DNA of 36,823 bases, from assembly GCA_000442015.1 (NCBI GenBank), contig KE560580.1, positions 1 to 36,823 of the forward strand, in the 5' to 3' direction. The notes under the pieces are model-generated. The model saw nothing but the letters and a program-made list of their open reading frames with translations, was not told where the DNA came from and searched no databases. The position numbers were made by a program, and so were the translations under genes. The stretch is from Rozella allomycis CSF55 (taxonomy: Eukaryota). Positions within the stretch are counted from its first letter, which is position 1; the number at the start of each line of letters is the position of its first letter. Below are positions 12,260 to 22,598 of this stretch, one piece after another.

Positions 12260-12495
12260 ATAAGAAAGTACATGCCGCGCTGGCATATCCGGGTCCTGGT
12301 TCGCCAAATAAAAATTCCAAGTTCGTAAACCGAGAAATGACTTTATGCAATTAGTGGGTAGAAACTTTATGAAGAAAGCGTATTTCTAAAACAATTCAGT
12401 GTTATGCTTTTAGCCGGGTCCCCGGGTAAATTCCAATTTAGAATATGATTTTAGGCATTGGAAAGACTACATTCTCACAAAGCGGAATTTCATGA
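12260..12495 (+). pseudogene. Degraded fragment of a P-loop NTPase gene (FVNRE...LLAGSPGIGKTT)
   Basis: KFVNREM at ~12319-12339, then TAG 12352 and a frameshift. KQFSVMLLAGSPG|29-nt GT-AG intron 12426-12454|IGKTTFSQ, then TGA 12493-12495. Confidence 0.6.
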
Positions 12496-12561
12496 AATAA
12501 GACATGTGAGCATATTGGTGCTATTTAGGAATGAAGTGAACATCGTCATACTATTTGTTTA

Positions 12562-13293
12562 TTAATTCAGCAACATTTTCTCAAATTCCGCAGCTTCATT
12601 ATGATCCCATCTTTTCCAATCATATCCTTTCATCTCATTCACTTTTGCCTATTGTTAAGTCTCAAATTCATTACTAATAACATTGTATTTTGAACCACTT
12701 CATCAAACCACTGTGGATTCTTCATTGCTAAAAATATAAAAATATACACAATCAATTTTTTGACCATTTGATTAGGGTAATCCAACAAGTCCACCAAAAC
12801 TTCAATCACTTGTACTTCTTCCACTAAATACGCAGGAACAAGATTTCCAATCCTCACAAGCACAACAAGAACATTCAGTGCTTCAATTTTAAGCTCAACT
12901 GGCTCACGCTCATTCTGAATGATATTCATCACAAGATTAATGATATGGCTATCCTTGATTAGATAATGTTGCACAATTTCACTCGCATTCCATAAAATAT
13001 AGCTGATTTCAGAACACGCTACATTAATACCTAGTTTATCTCAAACCTTTCAATCGCACTTGCAAATTCGTGGTATACAACAGCTTCGTTTCATGCAACA
13101 GGGCAGATTCATACATAGCCTCTTGCGTCATCGCCGTTGTCGCTTGATTCTGTTCTCCATTCTTTTCTCCAATCAATGGAATAACATTGCCTCCCTCTTT
13201 TATAACCTTGAAATATTCTTTGACTTTTTCTATCCCTTTTGTAAATCTCTCCATGTAAACAAATGTTAATAGCAATAAATATATATTTTTCAT
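12562..13293 (-). CDS. Small armadillo-like helical protein, possibly ARMH2-like
   Basis: Introns 13019-13046 (28 nt) and 12649-12674 (26 nt) join the ORFs into ~212-225 aa (start 13254 or 13293). Helical ARM/HEAT pattern; C-terminal DWKRWDHNEAAEF. Confidence 0.65.
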
Positions 13294-13337
13294 TCAACGC
13301 ATCATACATATTTCGCTAAACTACAAGCCACCAAAAA

Positions 13338-14093
13338 ATGACTTTGAGACTTGGTGACTTGGCCCCAGATTTTAGTTGTGAAACAACTATTGGAGACATT
13401 TCCTTTCATTCGTACATTGAAAATCATTGGGCGATATTATTCTCTCATCCAGCGGACTTTAGTAAAATACATATACTTTACTTTATAGCACCTGTTTGCA
13501 CCACAGAACTTGCTCGTGTAGCTGCACTCGAAAAACAGTTTGAAGAGCGAAATGTCAAGGTTCTTGCACTTAGTACTGATTCCGTTGAAGATCACTTGAA
13601 ATGGAAACAAGATATCGAGAGTTTTGGCGGCTGTTCAGTCAACTACCCGATAGTACCAGAATTTTATTCTATAAACTGAGATTGCTGATAAGAATAGAGA
13701 AATCTCAAAGTTATATGGGATGTTGGATTGTACGAGCCAAAATTCGAATTCGATGCCGCTGACCGTGAGAACTGTTTTCATAATCGATCCATGCAAGAAA
13801 ATTCGGCTGATGATTATATATCCAGGTAAATACAAATTTTTATTTCGAAAGCTTCGACTGGAAGAAATTTTGATGAGATTATCAGAGTCGTTGATTCCCT
13901 TCAAATGTCAGACAAAAATAAAATTGCGACACCAGTTGATTGGAAGAAAGGTGATGATGTAATTGTTCCTCCGAATGTTACTGATGAGGACGCTGGTGCA
14001 AAGTACGTAAAATTGTTACTAGAATATAGATTTGGTAGCAATAATATCAAAAAGATATTTCCTTATTTGAGGTATGCTAACGTTAACCAATAA
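13338..14093 (+). CDS. PRX1: 1-Cys peroxiredoxin (Prx6/Prx1 family)
   Basis: Spliced FSHPADFTPVCTTE, YPIIAD, TVRTVFIIDP, YPASTGRNFDEIIRV, ATPVDWKKG, PYLR; four 26-28 nt introns. Confidence 0.96.
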
Positions 14094-14211
14094 AAGTATT
14101 TTCCCTATTTCCTGATTACTGAATCAAGTATATGGTAATGGATCTATCGTGGAGAAATTTATAAGAAATTGTAAGTTTCTGCGGACCAAAAATTTCGATG
14201 TAGATTTTCAA

Positions 14212-15842
14212 TCAACAATGTAGTTTATTTCCTTGAAGCCATAGTTCTGTCATGGATATTGGATGATTCACATTATCCTTGTTCTGCACTCGCTTCGTTT
14301 GTATTTGTCCAGGATTGTTCTTTAATTTGGGTTGTTCCATACTCCCTGGACACGAAAGAGATCTCGTAGTCAATAATCCCATCATAGAAATTAATGAATC
14401 CTCGTTTACGGCACTTTGTATGGCAACGTTTTCGTTGACCTTTTTTATCCTTTTTCTAACGACCTTTTCTTCCAATATTTGGTTTCCGTCTTGAGGGCAT
14501 CTTGGCCCATTCTCTATGACGTATTTTTCAATACACGCCTAATTAAAGCATAAATGATATTAGCTTACTTGATGAAAAATGTGGGAACAATCCAATCGGC
14601 AAGCAAAGTTAATTCTCATAATCATCTTGGAACATAGTTCACACGTCTTTTCTATGTTTTGCTTAGGAAAGAAATCCATTAAGCGTTTCGGCTTTAATCT
14701 TTGAAGCACGCTGTAATCATTCATCTCTTCGAGGCGTTTGAGGAATTCGTAATCATCACATTCAAAGTCTCTAGACTGTAATTGTTCGATGAGCTCTTTT
14801 GATAAACCGATACAGATCTTTTTCAATTTATTACCTCCTGAATATATTTTCCAGCATTGATCTCTGTTTGATTTACAACTAACCAGGTGATTGCTATGGT
14901 CTGCAGACCTAAAGCAAAATTCGCACATTTTTTGTATCATATGTTTGCATATCAGCTATTTTACCTTGCATGTTTTACAAAAGTATATTGGCCCATTTAT
15001 GGGTGCAATTTTACAAATTGCGCATTTTGTTCCTTTATGACGTGCGTTGCTATATTCTACCGATTTGCTTTAAAGACTTTTCTACAATGCTCCTCTTTCT
15101 GGACGTGCCTTCGTATTCAGCATATATATCAGTTATCGTGCCGAAATCGACTCTGCAAAGTGGGCATTTGATTTCTTCACTGCTGTAATTTTTTCGATGA
15201 TGGTCTGCTATCATCTTCATGCATTTTCTTTTCATGAAGCAGATTCATATTTTACACATGGACGTTATTTCCACACCCGATTTTGCAGAACATTGTTGGT
15301 TGTTCATCCTTGATGAATAGTTCTTGACATATAGGACTATAAGTTTATTGGAAATCAATATACCAAATATCATCTTCATGTATTTCTTTTCGAATACAAG
15401 GTCCTTTGCTGTTTGGATCTCCAATTACGTTGGGATCATGATTCTGAAAATGGTTTTTAACGAAACTTTCTCTGAAATTGAGTATCTCATTGATTTGCCG
15501 TTCATTGTAAGATAGCTGATGCATCAATGAGTGATCTCGAGGCACATGCATGACTTTTTCGAGCACCCAGACAATATGTGGGCATAAATCTGACTTCGCT
15601 TTAAACCAAGGGCAAGAACACCGATTTATAGAACCTAAAATAACTTTGTATTTCTTTTCTTTGCTCTCCAAATCATTTGAATGGTTATCTTCTTTTATCA
15701 GGAAAGCCAAAGGGCCAGGCCGTTGCAACAGATAAAGTGCCAAAAGTGAAGCCTTCTCCATACTTTTCTTTACTTGCTATTAATGTAAGTTAATTTGAAT
15801 TACTTCTGGACAATCTTGTCTGAAAGGGAAAGTGGTGATCAT
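14212..15842 (-). CDS. ZSWIM2: E3 ubiquitin ligase ZSWIM2 (SWIM-RING-ZZ-RING)
   Basis: ATG 15842 MITTFPFRQDCPE; YLLQRPGPLAFLIKE; SWIM CSC...LCPHIVWV; RING CPICQE..FCKIGCGNNVHVKC..KCPLCR; ZZ HKGTKCAIC..CKTC..MCEFCF..H..H; second RING CELC..LDCSHIFHQACI..CPQD. Confidence 0.88.
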
Positions 15843-15873
15843 TGTTTGTATATTTGTTGCTAAGCTTGCGTTT

Positions 15874-17759
15874 ATGAATAGAACGGTTAGAAGAGCGCAG
15901 TCAGTTGTATCCGATCAAGAAACAAATGATGGATTAGGTAATTGTCATGTCTATACATAAATCAAGCTGAGATAGAGTTGGTGAAGCTACAAAGGCAGTA
16001 TCGAATAATGGAGGGAGATAGAAAAGCGTATAGTGAAGAATCTAGAAATTTTTTGAAGAAACAAAAGTATGATTTCAATTTACTATTAAAATACAGATCC
16101 TCAATAGATCAATTGAAAACTGATAATATGGTTCTATTGAATGAAATAAAGCTTTATGAAGCGAGGTTAAGTGCAATAAAGGATGGATTGAAGTCTAAAA
16201 ATGGGGTAGGATCTGAATCTATTCAAGATCAACTGGGTATTTTATTAGAAAGCTAACGATTAGAACATTTTCAAAAGAAAATGAAATACCTTCAAGATAC
16301 AATCCACGATATCGATAATGAAGCATTAAAATGTGAGAAAGAACTAAATGATCAAAGAGTTAAAATGGGGAGTATGAATGCTACGCAAACTAACATTGCT
16401 ATACAAAAACAAATCAGAATATTGGAAAATAGACTTGACAAGGTATTTCCAGTTTGATTAAATTACAAGGCACTCATAAAATTCAACAAAAGTCTTGCTA
16501 CAAATAAAACTTTGCGAGATGTAATAGACAACTTAAGGAGGGAACGTTCCGTGTTCGAGTCAGTGTACAGGAAGCAGGAGAGGGAGCTAAATGAACAAAA
16601 GAAGTTGATGGCGGATATAATAGAAGCTTCAAATAATGCTTATGAAGCTAGAGATGAAGCACAGGCCAAAATGATTGCGTTGAAGGAAAAGGCGGAGAAA
16701 GAATTCATGGCATACACACAAGAAATAAAAGAGCTAGATAGAGTATTAGAACAAGACCGAAAGTTTAAAAGCTTTATGAGTGTCAAAAATCATCCTCGAG
16801 TGCCAGGTACATCGTCTAGCACGATACGCATCAAAAAGGACAAAGAAAAAGAGAATCATAAGGGATCTCAAGATATGGTTTTAGAAAGCGTCAGCGATTA
16901 CGAGTCTGCTTTCGAAAAAATTCAAATGGTCACTGGCGTGAAAGATTTTAATGAATTGGTCTCTAAATTCAAGGAAATAGAAGATCAAAACTTTTCGCTA
17001 TTCAATTATGTCAACGAAGTTAACAATCAAGTTGAAAAGACCAGAGAAGATATTCAAGGAATAAATGACCAAATTCAAAAATATCAAGAGGGAAGGGAGA
17101 AAATTGAACAAGCTAAAGAAGAGGAAGCACGCGATCTTGAGGTTCGATATCTTCAATTATTGACAATAGAAAAAATTAAACGAATACATTTCACAGATTT
17201 CAGAAGACGAAAAACATTATCAAAACATTATTCAAACATTTGATCAAGTAGAAATCGGAATTGAAAGACTGTTGGGAAAAGTCCTATCTGATGAACCCGA
17301 GACAAATGCGCAAAATGATGTTAAAAATAACAACTCGGACTATGACAAATCGTACTTGCTCAAGAAACTCGAGAAAATTGAAACTAGGGCTAACGACTTG
17401 ATTATGTCACAATTCGTACTTTCTTTACCAAGAAGGTCAGCAGAAGAAAAAGAAAGCAATACTGGTGTTCAACTTTTATTTGGCGGCTTAACAATGCAGG
17501 GTCAAATGGCACCTTTGGTCAACGGAATCACTCCACCTGCAACCGGGTAATTTGTCACATTTGTGCATGTTAGTGAGGATTACGATTCTGATAATGAGGC
17601 TGCAGATGTAAGCGAGCGACCATTAAACATAGATGAGCTCAGGCTGAAATCTCTCAAAGGGGTAATAATATTTTGATATCGTTTTAGATCGCTAAACGTG
17701 AAAAGTCGGCTGGTTCGTCGAGAAGCCGACTTAAAAAGAAAGGCCTAATAAACGAATAA
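15874..17759 (+). CDS. ODAD1: Outer dynein arm docking complex subunit (ODAD1/CCDC114/CCDC63, DC2 family)
   Basis: LQRQYRIMEGDRKAYSEES, KQIRILENRLDK, LRDVIDNLRRERSVF, AYEARDEAQAKM, EDQNFSLFNYVNE; coiled coil; about seven short introns. Confidence 0.9.
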
Positions 17760-17813
17760 AACTTATTCGTGGTTAAAGTTTTGTTTTTATTACTTTTTAT
17801 TGACATTTTAATC

Positions 17814-18425
17814 TCAAAATTTGTTAGGATGCGCAGAGCGCAAGTACTCAAGCTCTTTCGTAAGTGCTAAATGGCGTTTTTGAAGATACTTAATATATTC
17901 GACACTCTTAAGAAGCTTTTTCGCTTTAGTCATTCTCCTTCCAGGTTGGTCGGGTGGAAGAACACTATCCAACATGTGAAATGCGTCTCTCTCATCGGCT
18001 CGTCGCCTTCTTTCTTTAATTGGGTTGCCGAAAGCGCTATTTGTGCTGGAAACAGTAGAGAGAACACTCGAAGGCCTTGAAATTCCCGCAATAAGACTTT
18101 CATAATTCATCTGAAACGGGCTCTGCGATAGGTCAACATGTTCAAAGTTATTAAAGCTATTGTTAAGGTTAGACATGGGCTTTGAATTTTTAATGTCAGT
18201 GTCCAATTCAAATGCGGATGAAGCAAAAATGTCTGGTGCCAATGACTTTTGCTTTTCAAGGCGCTTCTGCTTTTTAATCGACTTTTCAGATGGCTCAATA
18301 AATATATCGGCAATGTAATTATTGTTAAAAAGCCCTAAATCAAGATCTTCGCAAGTGTAATCGTCAAGGAAGTTGTCCATGAACGTCTGGTGTATAGGGG
18401 TATGTTTCAAAATTGTGACAAACAT
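17814..18425 (-). CDS. bHLH-leucine zipper transcription factor
   Basis: C-terminal KERRRRADERDAFHMLDSVLP...MTKAKKLLKSVEYIKYLQ, followed by a short zipper; acidic N-terminus. Confidence 0.85.
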   Translation of the reverse strand: MFVTILKHTPIHQTFMDNFLDDYTCEDLDLGLFNNNYIADIFIEPSEKSIKKQKRLEKQKSLAPDIFASSAFELDTDIKNSKPMSNLNNSFNNFEHVDLSQSPFQMNYESLIAGISRPSSVLSTVSSTNSAFGNPIKERRRRADERDAFHMLDSVLPPDQPGRRMTKAKKLLKSVEYIKYLQKRHLALTKELEYLRSAHPNKF

Positions 18426-18562
18426 ATATCATGTTACTATATTTGGAACAACTTTTTTTAAATCTTCCAAAAAATAGGTCGGAATAAATTGTTCCTTAAT
18501 CCAAAAACTGTATCGTCTTTGGTTAAACGCTCAAAAATTAAAGCCACTTAAAATTAAATTTC

Positions 18563-19636
18563 ATGGTCTATTTAGCCAAATCAGCACACAGATTTTCATC
18601 AGACGTGTACGTGTTACATTTATCTATATTTGATCATCTATCTTGGTTTGCTTCGGCGACTTCTGATTCAAAGATCACTATTTTTGACCAAAACTCGCTG
18701 ATGCCAGTTCAACATTTGCCCCTTTCTCCAAACTCTAGAATAACATCTCTTAAAAAATTAAATAATTTTGTTTTCACGACATCTAGTGATGGAACATGTG
18801 TTGTGTATGATCCAAGAGCTAACATAGTTAGTATGACATGGAGCGGTAAAATTTGGATATAGGATTGTTTATAGTGAAGAATGCATTGAGTTGCAGTGAC
18901 ATTTCTGGTTTTATTGTTGCTACTGGCTCAGACAAGTGTGAAAAAACGAAAGAGGCGCCTCTTCATATATGGTAAAATATAACAGTTATTCTCAATACTA
19001 GGGATTTAAACAACATATCTAATCCGATTATTTATAATGAATCTCATGGGGATGATGTGACATTCATAAAGTTCCATGAGGAAAATACAAACATGGTGTT
19101 CTCCTCAGATGTAGATGGGCTTATTTCGTGTTCTGACTATAAGCTAGGAAATGAAGATGAATCTTTACAAATGGTTTTGAACGAAGGGACATCGGTTTCA
19201 TCTTTTAATTTTCTTGGCAATTCAAAAGAATATCTTTCTTGTTTAACTCATACGGAAAATCTTAGTGTTTGGGATTTAAACAATGTTACGCGTATTAAAT
19301 CTTATGGTGATTTGCGTACTCCATTTCTTGAAACACCATCAAAATTCAACTATGCGCTCAATTCAATGACATTTGACAATCATTTATATACATTCTGTGG
19401 ATCTCAAAGGTATGTAACTGTAGATTATATAAATTAGTGGTGCGCTGTATTTGTATCACATTGGGTTAAATGAAATCAAGCTTTATGAATCATTTTTAAA
19501 TGGACATTCAGATATTGTTAGAACTTGCGAATACAATCAGCAAAAAGATGTAATTTTTCTTTTCTAGTTTTATTAGTATTTTATCTCTGGAGGAGAAGAT
19601 GGAATAATTTCATTTTGGACAAAGCAATTAGAGTAG
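18563..19636 (+). CDS. WDR89: WD40-repeat protein WDR89-like
   Basis: WD repeats; YNESHGDDVTFIKFH, SSDVDGLI, CLTHTENLSVWD, GHSDIVRT, SGGEDGIISFW; four short introns; stop TAG 19634-19636. Confidence 0.82.
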
Positions 19637-19660
19637 ATTATAAAAACACAAATAACTAAT

Positions 19661-20748
19661 TTATTCATTAATAAAAACAACCTCACACAACAACCTGCCG
19701 GAGTATTCATTTTTTCTTCCGTCTTTTTCTATTTCAACGACAGCATCTTCAGAAAATGGATAAACAAAAGGTTTTGTTACAAGAGCTTGGATTACTTTGC
19801 GTACTAAGAATGGAAGTTGTTTTAAAACATCAACTTTACCATTCCCATTTACCAAATTTATTTTGGAGGCAATTTTTACAGATCCCTCTTCTCCCAATAC
19901 GTCAATAGAGGTAGGAACGGCGTATTTTGTATCCTGATCAATTTTACACTCTCCCTCCTTTACACTCAAATTTGAAGTGTAAAATGAATTCCCTTCATCA
20001 TCAACGAATGCAATGATGTTTGATGGAACGTTATCATATCTTTTGTCCAACTGTTGGTTAACCATAAAGAATGACAATTTTTCGCTATGAAATGTACAGA
20101 AGAACACCTTGTCTGCAGTCTGGTGAGGTTTTGTGGTTTCAAACGCATGCGCAATACTTACAAAACCATTTACTTTCATTTCCTTATCTCCGGCAACTAA
20201 TTTTCCAGTGGCGACTCCTCGTGGGATCATGGAGTATTCACCAGTCCCATTATTTCCTAAAATCATCTTCTTTAAGAATCCCGGGCCTTTAATCTCTACA
20301 TCAAGCTCAAGGGAGAAAGCATTTGGAATATTCACATTTAATTGCACCTTGTTACCATCTGCAACTTGGTAGGAACAGGTAGGTGTTTTGGTTGAAACAT
20401 TATCGCCAGATATTTCAACTTCCTTTTTGGAATATTGAGTAGTTGATGACATTGGTATCATAATGCCATTTTGAGATGACAAGACTTGGTAATTTACTTG
20501 AAAAAATGGAGATAAGCTACAAAACATAACTGCAATATTGTTACCCTATCGCTGAATATATTATTTGCACTAAAATGAGTGACTTGTCATCTGTCTGCAC
20601 ATAAAAGACTTGACTCTCATTAGTCACTCCTGTCAAAGTCCATTTCAAGTCATTGATGCCCAAATTACTAGATAATATAGTTTCTAATTTTAACGTGAAT
20701 AGTTTTAATACGTGCATTTTCAGTTGTAGTTTTTGAAAATAGTGGCAT
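19661..20748 (-). CDS. SVF1: Survival factor 1 (Svf1)-like lipid-binding protein
   Basis: Spliced N-terminus DLKWTL..TNESQVFYV..LVQIIYS; HAFETTKPH; KVDVLKQLPFLVRKVIQALVTKPFVY; terminal CEVVFIN. Confidence 0.85.
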
Positions 20749-20850
20749 CAGGGTAGGGTGGCTAATTCATCAAAGTTACAAAGTTTAATAATAGAATGTC
20801 AAATATTAATTGATTGGCGAAAAACTTAAATTTATACTTTAAACATCATT

Positions 20851-22451
20851 TTAACTGGATGCTTTAAAATGATCCCATACAGAGTTGAGAAACTGAAACG
20901 TCGCATCATGCATCCATGAGTTTTTACCGCTTTGCAGCCAGCCTAAAAATATCAATTTCACTTTATGTGTACCTAGGTGTCCGCCTCTTTTGGTAGTGAC
21001 CAGAACAGTGTTGGGGTTTTGGAGAACCTCGACAAACGAGATTGTGTCTGCGTTCAACAAAGGGTCATCCAATGCACACAAAAGAAGGGTTGGAACTTTG
21101 ATTTTAGGAATATAAGATTTAGCGCTTGCCTTTTTGTAGTATTCATTTACACTTGGATAGCTGAACATATTAACGGTCACGTTTCCATCATATTCTGACA
21201 ACCTTTCACACTTTAATGACTAAATCAAATAAAATACGTGTAAAACATTTTCAATTTTCAATTCTGATTTTTGAAAGACTTCTTTATGCCTAATGCTGAG
21301 GTCACAGAGGCTGTTACTTGGCCATGTAGTTAACGACCTTATTTGTCAACACTTTATATATTATTATCAGAGCTTACTTTTGTTATAAAATCGTTGGATT
21401 CCAGATTCGTAATACCTTTGCGACTTTACAAAATCAAATTGTGGAGCAATAACAACAGCGGCAACCACAGATTTGTCTTCTTTAATTATAAACAATTGAC
21501 CTAATTTACCCATTGACGCCAAAAGTTTAATGAGTATTGAACAAGAATAACTTATGGCAATGGTGAAAATTGCTTGTCCAGGAAATCTCCTATTCACCAG
21601 TGCAATAGTTTGAGAAAAGTCGCCGGTGAATTCAGCTGAAAAAGTTTTAGCTGTTCTCAGTGGCGATTTATTACAGCCTCTAAAGTTGAAGCCAATCACT
21701 TGCCACCCATTTTCACCGAGTATTTGTGCGAATTTTCTGACGACGTTTGAATCACTGATTCATTGTAATTGGGGTATTTACCTGCCTCCTACAAATCCTG
21801 GGAATATTATAGCAATTGGTTTCTTTAATTTTTGTTGTTTTGGATGAAATATATCAATGTAAATTTCTCCACCGTCGGGTGTAGATTCATGTATTCTGTT
21901 TACAAGAACATGAAACAATACCTTTCAAAATCTATAAATAAAGGCTTCTTCAAATAGGCAAGTAGTGTGTGTATGTGCCCATTAACAGTATACCATGCCG
22001 GCCAATATCTTTGAGGAAAGAATGCCAATTTCAATTACTTTTCTTTTATAAACTTGCACCGCCTTAGAATTGACACCATTCTATCATTTTGTTGAAAATA
22101 TATTTGTGGTTCTGAAACTTGGGAATAATAATACAAGGCAAAGGTGAACAATATTATTGGACCAAATATCAAGCCTAGAATCAAAAGGAAAGGTGAAGCA
22201 GGGAGTATAAAGGCAATTATAAAGAGCACTTTAATGACAGGAGGATACCTTTCCCAATTTAATGGAGCCACCGATGAGAAAATCACTGTGTTAAAGTCAT
22301 TGACAAACTGATCCACTTCCAAAGCACAAAGCAATTGAATAACTCTTCCTAACAAGGGGATATTCACAAAGTATTTGCAAAAAGAGCTTGAAGTGAAGCT
22401 ATTTGGGAACAAGTAGTGAAATCGTTGCAAATGTATCCGATTTCCAAACAT
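20851..22451 (-). CDS. Membrane-anchored alpha/beta hydrolase, ABHD1/3-YheT-Eht1 family
   Basis: NGHIHT, TPDGGEIYID, IFPGFVGG, FNFRGC, GDFSQTI, YYKKAS, CALDDP, TKRGGHLGW; N-terminal hydrophobic hairpin; many short introns; exact start uncertain. Confidence 0.85.
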
Positions 22452-22598
22452 TGCAGGCTTTGCTTTGAATTTTGAAATTTTCAGATAGAAATTTTCCAAC
22501 CCGCATTGAATTAGACAAAGAGTACAATAATAATAAAATGAATTGAGGTGATTTTGAGTTTATTTAGAAAATGAAATTTCACAAGACCCTTGTCATTG

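Noticed and set aside
14956-14958. In-frame TAG in ZSWIM2 as evidence of readthrough or an alternative genetic code
   Set aside because: TAG, TAA and TGA all serve as normal stops in other genes here, and readthrough would break the ZZ cysteine spacing.
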